A stretch of DNA of 64,000 nt, from assembly GCA_902764145.1 (NCBI GenBank), contig CACWUS010000004.1, positions 8,997 to 72,996 of the forward strand, read 5' to 3'. The notes under the pieces were generated by a model, which worked only from the letters and a program-made list of their open reading frames with translations, searched no databases and was not told the origin of the DNA. Position numbers and translations under genes: made by a program. Shown piece after piece: positions 40,099-49,490 of the stretch; the stretch's first letter is position 1; every line of letters starts with the position of its first letter. Source of the stretch: an uncultured Erysipelotrichaceae bacterium. GTDB taxonomy: Bacteria; Bacillota_I; Bacilli_A; RF39; UBA660.

Positions 40099-42285
40099 TT
40101 AATAATTACCATTAAACATGTTTATTTCTCTATATATTTTTTGTAATGAAGATGTAGTAATATCTACAAGCGGTTCATACATAAATGAATTTAAATGGAT
40201 AAATTCAGGAACAGAGATAATCGCTTTTGTAACTATCTTTTTATCATCATCTCTAATCTTTGATTTTACTTTATCATATTCTTCACCTAGTGTTAAATTT
40301 TCATTGATTAATGATGGTTCAATTTTATTAAATATTTTTTCTAACAGTAATCTTATCCCTATTGAAAAAATAATTTTTTCATCTAATTCTATACTATTGC
40401 TCAAGTTTTTGGATAACAATGTTTTTATATTTGAATTCAAAATGCTAGATATTTTTGTTGTTGAATCAAACATAAGATTGATATCAAATGTTTCTTTGAA
40501 TATTGGTGCCAAATCTCCAACAGTTATTTTTTCTGTATTTTTTCTATAATGCAAAACATCACATAATAAATCATATTTTGGGTCATTACTACTATATTTT
40601 AGTTCAATCATATTTCTTGCAACAGGAATTAATGCTAAAAATTTTTGCTCTGAACAATTACTTTTTAGTTGATCCTTCCAACTCGAAAACAATTCCATCC
40701 CTCCACCAATAATACTTTCTTTGAATTTATCAAAATTTTCACTATTATTATTTTGTTTAATATAATACTTTTCATAATTGCTAACTCTATGTTTACAAGT
40801 ACTAAAAAAGTCAAAATTATGGGTTAATATCCAACACATTATATTAACATTTTTTGATAACTCACTTATATACTCTATCATTGCATATTTATTTTTATAA
40901 TCAAAAGAATCCACTATATCATCTAAAATAATAAAAGTGTCTGTATTTTTTTCTATACTCATAAATAAATCAAATAAGAAATATAGAACCGTTAAAGCTC
41001 TTTTTTCTCCTGTGCTTAACGTATCTTTTAATAATATTTCTTCCACTTCTTTTTCTTCATTTTGACCTTTATGTATAAAAGTAAATATTGGATTTGTTCT
41101 ACCTACCATGGAATTAAATTTATTACTAATTGTAATTTTAAAAGGAACGTCAAATCTTTCATTAAAAATTTCACATATCTCTTCCCATTTAGTTTTTTGG
41201 TTATTCGACTCATCAATTAATCTTTTTATACTTTCCTCTGATTTGTTGATTTGCTCATTTACAATAATTATTTCGTCTTTATAATTTTCTAATTTTCCTG
41301 CAATAACCTTAATCATAAATAAAGAAATATCACTCATTTGTGTTAAAATTTCAGGGTCCGAAATATAAGTACGTATAGCTTTTGTATTTTTATTTTTATT
41401 TATTTTAGATAACAAATCTTCAGCAGTTTTTTGTGTGACTTCATCATGATATATTTTCTTCTTTTCATCATCATATAGTTTTTGAAACTTATCAACACTA
41501 TCAATTAATTCATCTACATTTTTGATTTTTAATGCATGACCTGCTTCAAAAAAACCATTAGTACTTAATTCTTTTAGTAATTTAGAAGCTTCAATGCTAC
41601 CAAAAGCTCCTGCAAATAAATTTGTATGTATTTTAGAATCAATTGTTTCATTCAATATTTTTACTTCATTTATAAAATTTAAAGAAGTAATAATTGGTAA
41701 TGTATTATCATTAAAAACATCAAAGAATGAATAACTTAATGAAATCTTATTATTCCAATTCAAATCAGATAAATACTTAATAATGTCTTTCCAATTATTT
41801 AACTTGAAATAATCAGAAAAAAACTTAAGTACAATATTTTTATTATCTTCTGCTTTTTTCTTGTTGCCTAGCTGATTGGATATTTTTAATGAAATACTAT
41901 CTATTTGTTCTATGACTGAATTAAATATATTTCCATATTTTGTTTTTAAATCTGATGAAATTGTTAATAAGCTTAAACTATCTGACTGCATGTTCATAGT
42001 ATTTTTTATGTATTCATCATAATTATAAACAACAATATTATTTATATTTTCTAAATTAGAATTTTTGTATGTTTTACCATCAAAATCAATCTCATATTCT
42101 CCATCTCTGTTATAAATTCTATCTCTAGGCAATTGAGATTTTGAAATTGCTTTAAATCCAAGGGCAAGTGAAGTTTTAGTTCCTCCATTAGGAGCATATA
42201 TTAGTGCATTTGAATTAACATTTGCAACACCTCTTAAATCCTTTATTCCATATATGTTTTTAAATTTTTTGATTGATATATTCAT
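40099..42285 (-). CDS. ABC/SMC-type ATPase with coiled-coil insert and HEPN-like C-terminus (RloC/PrrC-related architecture)
   Basis: Variant Walker A YAPNGGTKTS, signature LSTGEKR, Walker B/D-loop ILDDIVDSFD, H-loop LTHNFDF; C-terminal ARNMIE..DVLH and IRLLLE..EFIH. Confidence 0.72.
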   Translation of the reverse strand: MNISIKKFKNIYGIKDLRGVANVNSNALIYAPNGGTKTSLALGFKAISKSQLPRDRIYNRDGEYEIDFDGKTYKNSNLENINNIVVYNYDEYIKNTMNMQSDSLSLLTISSDLKTKYGNIFNSVIEQIDSISLKISNQLGNKKKAEDNKNIVLKFFSDYFKLNNWKDIIKYLSDLNWNNKISLSYSFFDVFNDNTLPIITSLNFINEVKILNETIDSKIHTNLFAGAFGSIEASKLLKELSTNGFFEAGHALKIKNVDELIDSVDKFQKLYDDEKKKIYHDEVTQKTAEDLLSKINKNKNTKAIRTYISDPEILTQMSDISLFMIKVIAGKLENYKDEIIIVNEQINKSEESIKRLIDESNNQKTKWEEICEIFNERFDVPFKITISNKFNSMVGRTNPIFTFIHKGQNEEKEVEEILLKDTLSTGEKRALTVLYFLFDLFMSIEKNTDTFIILDDIVDSFDYKNKYAMIEYISELSKNVNIMCWILTHNFDFFSTCKHRVSNYEKYYIKQNNNSENFDKFKESIIGGGMELFSSWKDQLKSNCSEQKFLALIPVARNMIELKYSSNDPKYDLLCDVLHYRKNTEKITVGDLAPIFKETFDINLMFDSTTKISSILNSNIKTLLSKNLSNSIELDEKIIFSIGIRLLLEKIFNKIEPSLINENLTLGEEYDKVKSKIRDDDKKIVTKAIISVPEFIHLNSFMYEPLVDITTSSLQKIYREINMFNGNY

Positions 42286-42299
42286 TTTTACCTCCTACT

Positions 42300-42371
42300 A
42301 AAAAACGCCAATACAAAAACCATCTAAAAAATGACCTGTACTAGCGCACTTTTCTTGAGTAAGTTATAACA
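42300..42371 (-). promoter_or_regulatory. Extended -10 promoter followed by terminator-like leader hairpin (leader B)
   Basis: TGTTATAAC at 42371-42363; GCGCUAGUACAGGUCAU-uuuuuag-AUGGUUUUUGUAUUGGCGU then a U-run and AGGAGG. Confidence 0.6.
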
Positions 42372-42414
42372 TAAAATAACAAATAATTCATTATTATTAG
42401 AATTAACTTTTTTA

Positions 42415-43422
42415 TTATTCTTTAATGCTTTCATATCCTTTAATTATATCACCAATCAAAATATATAAATGAAGTATTGTATCTTTTATTTCATTTAAAG
42501 AAACATCATTATGAAGTCCCTTGCATACTCTATCATTTATACTTTCTATCCATGATGCTGTTTGTAATACATTATCCTTTTTCATTTGATTTATTGAAAC
42601 TTTGTCAAGAATAGCATACAATCTATTCAAATAGTGATCTCCCGTTATATCAAATTCCTTTCCACTTTCTAGAATTATTGTTTTATTTGAAAAATCAGGA
42701 TATAATTTTTTAAATAGATTGTCTGTAAACTCTCTTAATAATTTTCTGCATGACGTTGATGCTTGAGAATAGCTTTCTTCATCTTTCTCTTTTAATCTAG
42801 AATATATAGATGATAATTTTCTTATTCCACCAGGAAGATTATCTACAAGATATTTATCAACTATATTTCTATAATCTTCAAAAATATTTTCAATTTTTTC
42901 ACTAAATTTTAATTGAATGTTAATATTCATAGCGTACCTATAGTACTCTCCTCTTAAAATAGATAATTTTCTTTGGCTTTCCTTTATAAAGTGAATAGTT
43001 TCTGTATTATTCTTTGTCACTCTATTTAATAAATTGTTCATTGCAGCATGTGAATATTCTCCCGCAACAGAAACTCCCGCCGTTGTATAAGAACCCAATG
43101 ATTTTTGTGCAGCTTCACAAGATAATTCAAGTTCACTAACTAATTCTGTAAATAATACTCTTTCACCTTTATCATTTTTTCTTTCTCTACCATGTTTTGC
43201 TCCCAATTCGAATATATCACTAGGAATTCCATCTTTTGTTGATTTATATCCTTCCATCTCACAAACAAGCCAATCTACAGATTCATAATCATCCATAATC
43301 CTTGCTAACCTTAAACATTTTAATGCAATAATGGATGATTTTACATTTGCATCTTCTAATTGACTTAGTATTTCATCCGATAGATTTAAAGCTTCTTCTA
43401 TTTTTGATTTCATAAAAAACAC
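42415..43422 (-). CDS. AbiTii-like N-terminal domain + HEPN-like C-terminal domain
   Basis: LKCLRLAR...WLVCEMEGY; QASTSCRKLL ... RVCKGLH (R-x5-H). Confidence 0.68.
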   Translation of the reverse strand: MFFMKSKIEEALNLSDEILSQLEDANVKSSIIALKCLRLARIMDDYESVDWLVCEMEGYKSTKDGIPSDIFELGAKHGRERKNDKGERVLFTELVSELELSCEAAQKSLGSYTTAGVSVAGEYSHAAMNNLLNRVTKNNTETIHFIKESQRKLSILRGEYYRYAMNINIQLKFSEKIENIFEDYRNIVDKYLVDNLPGGIRKLSSIYSRLKEKDEESYSQASTSCRKLLREFTDNLFKKLYPDFSNKTIILESGKEFDITGDHYLNRLYAILDKVSINQMKKDNVLQTASWIESINDRVCKGLHNDVSLNEIKDTILHLYILIGDIIKGYESIKE

Positions 43423-43452
43423 ATCCTTTCATATTATAACAAATACATTTAA

Positions 43453-44205
43453 TTAATCTAAACATGTATTTACTTCATTTAAAAGTTCCAAAGCAAACTC
43501 ATATACTTTTCGATAAAAATCTTTCTCAGATAAAACAATCATTAACTCAAGAATTATAAAAAATCTTTTTTGTTTATTAACAATTTTTTCTATATCGTCA
43601 AATTTAATATTCATCATCTTATTAGTTATTATTTTTGATTTATATTTTTTATCTAATGGAAATCTAAAACACATGGAAAAATCGTCATTTGAGGCATATT
43701 CTTTTATTTGTTTTAATTGTTCTACGCAATATTCATAGTAATCCGATTTAAGCCCAATTTTAGTTAAGAAATCTTTTTCTTCTGTAAAAATATTCAAAAT
43801 ATCATGATTAGTTGGTATTTCTTCGTTTTTTCTTAATAAAACTGCTTTAATAACCAATTCAGTATAATGACTAACCATAAATAAATATGAGTAAAATAAA
43901 TTATTATTTTTACTATCCATCATTTTATTTCTAATAATAATTATTGCTTCAAAATAAGAATTTTTATAATCCTTAAAATAAGATGCTTTTTTATATATTT
44001 CTGCTGGATTATCAATTAATTTGAATTTTTCGTATATATTTTTAACTATTGCGCTTGTTTTAGAACCTTTAATTGAAGAAGCCTTTTCTATAACTTTATC
44101 TTCATTATAAATTTTAATCATTTCTTTTCTATAAAAGTCTTTTTCATCAATAACTTTTTCTATTTCTTTTTCAATAGATTTTATATCCTCTATTTTATTT
44201 TCCAT
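43453..44205 (-). CDS. HEPN-fold protein
   Basis: LFMVSHYTELVIKA...NHDILNIF...SMCFRFPLD pattern. Confidence 0.6.
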   Translation of the reverse strand: MENKIEDIKSIEKEIEKVIDEKDFYRKEMIKIYNEDKVIEKASSIKGSKTSAIVKNIYEKFKLIDNPAEIYKKASYFKDYKNSYFEAIIIIRNKMMDSKNNNLFYSYLFMVSHYTELVIKAVLLRKNEEIPTNHDILNIFTEEKDFLTKIGLKSDYYEYCVEQLKQIKEYASNDDFSMCFRFPLDKKYKSKIITNKMMNIKFDDIEKIVNKQKRFFIILELMIVLSEKDFYRKVYEFALELLNEVNTCLD

Positions 44206-44306
44206 ACTTTTTCTCCTTTATTTGTTCAAACAATACAAATTAATGAATATTAGTAATTAACCAAAGTTTCATAACATCGCTTGTTCTCATTCTATCAGAA
44301 ATCTAT

Positions 44307-44363
44307 TTAAACTTCAAATATGAAAATAATAAAAAAGTATTCAACCAAAACCCCCTGAAGCAA
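44307..44363 (-). CDS. Possible 18-aa hydrophobic peptide MLQGVLVEYFFIIFIFEV (TTG start)
   Basis: GAGGA 8 nt upstream, partly inside hairpin ctcttca-gtc-tgaagag (44374-44390); overlaps the 26-nt sRNA-complementary site. Confidence 0.3.
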   Translation of the reverse strand: MLQGVLVEYFFIIFIFEV

Positions 44364-44606
44364 CTTAATCGTCCTCTTCAGTCTGAAGAGCACAAGTATG
44401 CACTATTTTTATCAAATTAGTTTAATTAATGCACAAAAGTATTAATAATGATTAAAAAATGTTATTTTAGATTACCTCAACTACTATAAAAAGGACACTA
44501 GATTAAACTCAATTGAACTTTTTTGAACATAATTGTGTAGTAAATAAACTCAAATAAACAAAAATGGAGCCTTTCGGCTCCTTCAGGGGGTTTTGGTTGA
44601 ATACTT
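44335..44606. repeat. Perfect 26-bp inverted repeat (44335-44360 / 44581-44606)
   Basis: aagtattcaaccaaaaccccctgaag and its exact reverse complement cttcagggggttttggttgaatactt, 220 bp apart. Confidence 0.95.
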
Positions 44607-44650
44607 CCATATTGTTTCGTAGAAGTATTCGATGACATATTTCTATGTCA
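44558..44650 (-). ncRNA. Putative ~90-nt structured small RNA
   Basis: Own TTGACA-N18-TATAAT promoter; hairpin UGACAUA-GAAA-UAUGUCA; hairpin GAAUACUUC...GAAGUAUUC; unpaired AACCAAAACCCCCUGAA; terminator GGAGCC-GAAA-GGCUCC-AUUUUU. Confidence 0.72.
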
Positions 44651-44655
44651 ATTTA

Positions 44656-44685
44656 ATTATATAATGATTATTAATTTATTGTCAA
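44656..44685 (-). promoter_or_regulatory. Consensus sigma70/sigA promoter of the small RNA
   Basis: TTGACA 44685-44680, TATAAT 44661-44656. Confidence 0.75.
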
Positions 44686-44702
44686 TTGATAAATTAATAT
44701 TT

Positions 44703-45266
44703 TTACAAATTTTGTATTTCATCATAGAGTTGATACCAATTATCTACTCTTTTTACTTGTGTTTCTTTATTTCTATTTATATCTGAATTGAATAATATTA
44801 CTTTAATACCTTCTTTACTTAATTGTTCACATGTATCTATAGCATCATCTATCATTAAATCTATATTTTCATTTTTACATGTTTCTATTTTATATGTTTG
44901 ATGTGTTATTAATTTATCATAATTAATATTATTATTTTCTAAATATTCTTCACAAAACTTTTGAGCATCTTCATAAAATTTATCACTTCTTGCAGTTATA
45001 ATAAATATTTTATTCCCTTCACTTCTAAGTTTATCTATTATTTCTTTAGCACCATCTTTTATTTTTATTTTATTACCCATTTCAACTGCATGATCATTAA
45101 AGAATTTCTTTGTTATTTCATCATCTAAAAAGCCTCTAATAATGTTCTCGAAGTTTTTAATTAATCTATTATCATTACAATAAATACTATCATATTTATA
45201 ACAATATTCTTTTATAACTTCACTTGAATTAGTAATTGTATCATCTATATCAATACCTATATTCAT
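44703..45266 (-). CDS. HAD-superfamily 5'(3')-nucleotidase (NT5C/YqfW-like)
   Basis: IGIDIDDTI, IITAR, K...IDLMIDD, RVDNW. Confidence 0.85.
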   Translation of the reverse strand: MNIGIDIDDTITNSSEVIKEYCYKYDSIYCNDNRLIKNFENIIRGFLDDEITKKFFNDHAVEMGNKIKIKDGAKEIIDKLRSEGNKIFIITARSDKFYEDAQKFCEEYLENNNINYDKLITHQTYKIETCKNENIDLMIDDAIDTCEQLSKEGIKVILFNSDINRNKETQVKRVDNWYQLYDEIQNL

Positions 45267-45303
45267 TATTCACCTCGCTATAAAATTATAACATATTATT
45301 ATT

Positions 45304-46023
45304 TTATTTTTTAATTAATTTTAGTCCACTTGTAAACTCTTCATAAGTACTTACTTTTTCTCTTAATTCTCTTTCTATTTGATTTAATACTTCATATAAA
45401 ACATATGATGGTTTACATTTACCATATAATATAGCTTGATTATAATATTTATTAATATCTTCATCTTTAAAATTATCACCACTTAATAATAAAAATAATA
45501 TTGTATTAGCTAATTCTTTTATATTATGTTTATATACATCAAATGGTTCATTATAATAATCAAATTCATAAAGATCAGTATCTATTACTTTAACACCACC
45601 ATTTTCACTAAATAACATATTTTCATGGTGTAAATCATGTACTAATAAATTATAATCTTTAGCAAACATTTTCATTTCATTTTCTATTCCATCTATACTT
45701 TTTATGCATCCTTCTATATCCATAGTAAGCATTGGTTTTGTTATAAAAAAACCATTTACTAATTTCATTAGGTATCCTACTAAGTTCTCGTCTTTTTTAC
45801 TTTTTAAATATATAAAGGTAGAAGGAAACACAAAATATTCACTCTTTATTCTAGATAATCTTCTTAATGTTTCTAATTCTGGAATATTTGTAAATTCCTT
45901 AAATACTGTCTTATTATCAGATTGATAACAAGTTCCATTTACTCCACTACCTAGTAATTTTTCTCTGTATTTTTCTGGAACTTTTTTATATACAATATAT
46001 TTTTCTTCTAACATAATAATCAC
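45304..46023 (-). CDS. Protein-kinase-fold protein
   Basis: LGSGVNGTCY Gly-loop, VFK, HDLHHENML catalytic loop, VIDTD. Confidence 0.72.
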   Translation of the reverse strand: MIIMLEEKYIVYKKVPEKYREKLLGSGVNGTCYQSDNKTVFKEFTNIPELETLRRLSRIKSEYFVFPSTFIYLKSKKDENLVGYLMKLVNGFFITKPMLTMDIEGCIKSIDGIENEMKMFAKDYNLLVHDLHHENMLFSENGGVKVIDTDLYEFDYYNEPFDVYKHNIKELANTILFLLLSGDNFKDEDINKYYNQAILYGKCKPSYVLYEVLNQIERELREKVSTYEEFTSGLKLIKK

Positions 46024-46134
46024 CTAGCAAATGATTATTCTAGCATATTATTATTTTTATGTAAATTAAAATATATGTAATTTACTTTGGGTTATTTATA
46101 TGTTAAAATAATTTTGATAATAGGAGTGTATAAG

Positions 46135-47211
46135 ATGGCAAAGAATAAAAAGAATAAAGAAACTCTTAATGAAGAAAATAATAAAATTGAATTTTGTGAT
46201 TTTAAACAATTTATGAAAACTTTAAAAGAAGTATCTTCAGAATCTTCTTCATTAAAAGAATTATGTGATGCTTTAGAAAGAGGAAATGATGATTTTACTT
46301 CTAGAATTGAAAATGCTAAATCATTTTTAAAAGAATGTAGACGTAATGTAGTTGCTGCATTTAGTAAATTAAATCATCATGATACTAGTCTCTTATATGA
46401 TAAATTAAAAGAATTAAATAATCGTGAACTATCATATAATATTAACTTTATTGCTAATGAGCATCAAAAAATGTTAAAAAAGAAATTATCAAATAGTAAT
46501 ATTACAACTACAACAAATAAAGATGAAAATCACAAATCAAAAAAAGAAAAACAAGAAAACATTCCTACTGTTAAAATGAGTTCTGACTTTGTAAAAGGTT
46601 TAAGTGTAATAGATTATATTGATTATAATTTTGAAACTAATATTATTGAACGTTTTACTCAAGAAATGAAGAATATTGATACTGATAATTTATCTGAATA
46701 TATTGAAAAAACTAATAGATTAATAGATAGGGTATTATTTGAAACTTATTTTAAGGATAAAGAATCTGTTGTTAGAGGAGTTAAAAATCATTTTGGATTA
46801 GAATTTTCTATTATCAAAAGAGATGATGAAATATTAAATGAAATAATATCTGATGAGTTAAGATTTTATCAACAAAAAAGAATCGTTGATAAATTAGATA
46901 ATATGGATACAACATATTTAGGAACTTCTAAAAGAATTTCTAAAGATATAAATCCAAATAGTGATAATATAACAGTTACTTTTGAAGAATTATATACTTC
47001 AAGTATTCCTCACTATGCATTCTTACAAAAAGAATTTGATAATAAGTTTATTATAAGAAGTGCTAGTCAAGAAGTTATTAAAGATGATTATGTAGCTAAA
47101 CACTTAGCAGGTGCTTCATTCTTAGCTTTTCCTGCAAATGTATTAATTGCTAAAGATGAAAATGATGATTTTGTAGCTTATTCAAATCAAATTAATAGAT
47201 TTAAATTTTAG
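46135..47211 (+). CDS. Hypothetical protein
   Basis: ORF track; start trimmed to the ATG behind AGGAG. Confidence 0.7.
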   Translation: MAKNKKNKETLNEENNKIEFCDFKQFMKTLKEVSSESSSLKELCDALERGNDDFTSRIENAKSFLKECRRNVVAAFSKLNHHDTSLLYDKLKELNNRELSYNINFIANEHQKMLKKKLSNSNITTTTNKDENHKSKKEKQENIPTVKMSSDFVKGLSVIDYIDYNFETNIIERFTQEMKNIDTDNLSEYIEKTNRLIDRVLFETYFKDKESVVRGVKNHFGLEFSIIKRDDEILNEIISDELRFYQQKRIVDKLDNMDTTYLGTSKRISKDINPNSDNITVTFEELYTSSIPHYAFLQKEFDNKFIIRSASQEVIKDDYVAKHLAGASFLAFPANVLIAKDENDDFVAYSNQINRFKF

Positions 47212-47216
47212 TAATT

Positions 47217-47247
47217 AAAAAGGATATTTTTATTAAATATCCTTTTT
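47217..47247. terminator. Bidirectional terminator
   Basis: aaaaggatattt...aaatatcctttt. Confidence 0.75.
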
Positions 47248-48610
47248 ATTTTGCTTTTAATGCTTTATATATTTTCTTCCATAAATTACTTGAAGAATAA
47301 TTAAGTATACCTACTTTATATACTTTAAGACCATATTTATAAAGTAATACGCATACTACAGCTAGTAAAAGTATTGATACTATTAGACCAACTATGGTTA
47401 TTTCTCCTAATGTATACATTACAGGAGCTAATATTCCAGAAATAAATGGAACATATGCCATTACATTAATAAATGTTGAACCTCTAAATAATGATGCATA
47501 TATAGCAAGGAAATAACCCAACATTAGAAATACCATTACTGGTGTTTGTATTTGATTATAATCTTCCATACTTGTTGTAATACTTGCTAGTATTCCTGTT
47601 AATAATGAATAAGCAAGGAAACTAAGTAGTATTAATACTATAAATAGTGGAATTCCCATAACTAGTTTTGATGCTATATCACTTTGTAAGAATAAATTAA
47701 TATATTCATTTATTTTGCCAACGCTTTCTGGATTTGATGCTACCACATTATTTACAGAACTCATTAGTCCACCTGAAGTAAATACTCTGATAATTGATCC
47801 TATTAGTGCATAAAGTAATAATAATGCTCCTTGTACTATTGCAAAAACATTTGATGAAATTAATTTAGACATAAAGTGTACTTCTGGACTTACGCTAGAA
47901 ATAATGATTTCCATACTTCTTGAAGTCTTCTCTTCATTAATTTCAGCGCCTATCATTTGTACTATTAATACTATAAGTAAGAAGAATGGAATGATGAATA
48001 CTATTGTAACTATACTTCCTATTAGTTCCATGAATTCTTCATCTTCTTTAACATCTTCACTAAGTATTACTCTATTAACTTCAACACCTTTATATACTTC
48101 ATCTAATGTACTTTGATCAATACTAGCTAGTTTTAATGCTGCATTTGCCTTAGTAGTATTTACAGCATTAAGTAAGTTTTGATATAAAACACCATCAATA
48201 TATTCATAAGAAATAAATTCTACATCGAAGACTTTTTCAAAACTAACATCTTCTATTTCTTTAAAATATACAATAATATCTTTTGTTTCTTCTTTAGTAA
48301 TATTTTCTTTTAATTCATCTAAAGTTTTATCAGTTTCAACCACTTCAGCGTTATAATTTTCAAGTACATCTAAATAACTATTTGACATTATATTTTTAAA
48401 ATCACTATATACACCAACTTCATCAACTACATATATTTTTACAAGTTCATTGAAGTCTCCACCAAAGAATTTGACAATTGAGTCTAAGTTTATTACGCCA
48501 ATTATTATTATACAAAGAATTAAATTAATTATTTTAAATGCTTTAGTATTAATTTTTTTCTTGATACTTTCTCTTGTTAAAAAACTAAATTTATTCTTCA
48601 TATGATTCAC
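47246..48610 (-). CDS. ABC-2 exporter permease (YhaP/NatB-like)
   Basis: EINEEKTSRSMEIIISSVSP motif; TM layout. Confidence 0.88.
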   Translation of the reverse strand: MNHMKNKFSFLTRESIKKKINTKAFKIINLILCIIIIGVINLDSIVKFFGGDFNELVKIYVVDEVGVYSDFKNIMSNSYLDVLENYNAEVVETDKTLDELKENITKEETKDIIVYFKEIEDVSFEKVFDVEFISYEYIDGVLYQNLLNAVNTTKANAALKLASIDQSTLDEVYKGVEVNRVILSEDVKEDEEFMELIGSIVTIVFIIPFFLLIVLIVQMIGAEINEEKTSRSMEIIISSVSPEVHFMSKLISSNVFAIVQGALLLLYALIGSIIRVFTSGGLMSSVNNVVASNPESVGKINEYINLFLQSDIASKLVMGIPLFIVLILLSFLAYSLLTGILASITTSMEDYNQIQTPVMVFLMLGYFLAIYASLFRGSTFINVMAYVPFISGILAPVMYTLGEITIVGLIVSILLLAVVCVLLYKYGLKVYKVGILNYSSSNLWKKIYKALKAK

Positions 48611-49490
48611 CTACTTTATCTATAAATATTTCATTAAGTGTTGGTTCTTCAACAACAAACTTAGTTACAGAGTCACATTTAGATAGTTTTTTAAATATAC
48701 TACTAACATATTTAATATCTTCTATTTTAATGGTATATTCATCTTTATTCTTTTCTAAACTTACTACTCCTTTAGTTTTCTTAATTTCTTCTTCATCTAA
48801 ATCAGCTATTACTTTAATATTTTTACGTCTATAATCCGATTTTATCTTAGCTAGTTTTCCTTCAAGAACTACAGAACCTTTTACTAAAATAATCAATGAA
48901 TCACAAAAATATTCTATATGTTCCATCATATGTGATGAAAATATAATAATTGTTTTTTCTTTTTTTAGTCTTAATATTACTTTCTTAAATAATTCTACAT
49001 TTATTGGATCAAGACCGCTAAATGGTTCATCTAGTATTAATAATGTTGGTTTATGAATGACGCTTAATATAAATTGTATTTTTTGTTGATTACCTTTAGA
49101 TAATTCTTTAATTTTTTTATTTTTATACTCTTCAATATTAAATTCTTTTAAATATTCATCTAATCTTTTTTCTACTTCTCTTTCACTTAGACCTTTAAGC
49201 ACACCGTAATATATTGCTTGTTCTAATACAGTTTTTGTCGGTAACAAACTTCTTTCTTCTGTTAAAAACCCTATTTGATCAGTGACACTATAATCTATTT
49301 TTTTACCATCTAATGTAATATTACCTTCTGTTATATCAAGAAGTCCCATAATCATTCTAAATGTTGTTGTTTTCCCAGCACCATTTACTCCTAGAAGTCC
49401 AAATATTTCCCCTTCTTTAATTTCAAATGATACATCATTTACTGCTCTAAAATTTTCATAATATTTTGTTACATGTTCAACTTTTAACAT
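48591..49490 (-). CDS. ABC exporter ATP-binding protein (YhaQ-like)
   Basis: GVNGAGKTT, LSKGNQQK, LDEPFSGLDP, EPTLNEIF. Confidence 0.92.
   Translation of the reverse strand: MLKVEHVTKYYENFRAVNDVSFEIKEGEIFGLLGVNGAGKTTTFRMIMGLLDITEGNITLDGKKIDYSVTDQIGFLTEERSLLPTKTVLEQAIYYGVLKGLSEREVEKRLDEYLKEFNIEEYKNKKIKELSKGNQQKIQFILSVIHKPTLLILDEPFSGLDPINVELFKKVILRLKKEKTIIIFSSHMMEHIEYFCDSLIILVKGSVVLEGKLAKIKSDYRRKNIKVIADLDEEEIKKTKGVVSLEKNKDEYTIKIEDIKYVSSIFKKLSKCDSVTKFVVEEPTLNEIFIDKVGESYEE

Larger units (their letters stand above)
27000..44560. mobile_element. Defence-gene island (boundaries approximate; no integrase seen inside)
   Basis: Cluster of RM, HEPN-like, AbiTii-like, DUF4238-like, ATPase and protease genes plus HTH/ssb remnants and pseudogenes, between unrelated host-type genes. 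Confidence 0.65.

Noticed and set aside
44381..44400. gtctgaagagcacaagt resembling an Illumina adapter (GGAAGAGCACACGTCT)
   Set aside because: Only a short partial match, and it forms one arm of a local hairpin; not convincing as contamination, though a read check is cheap.
44335..44606. CRISPR repeat/tracrRNA or retron interpretation of the 26-bp inverted repeat
   Set aside because: Only two copies, inverted, with no spacer array and no cas or reverse transcriptase gene in the window.
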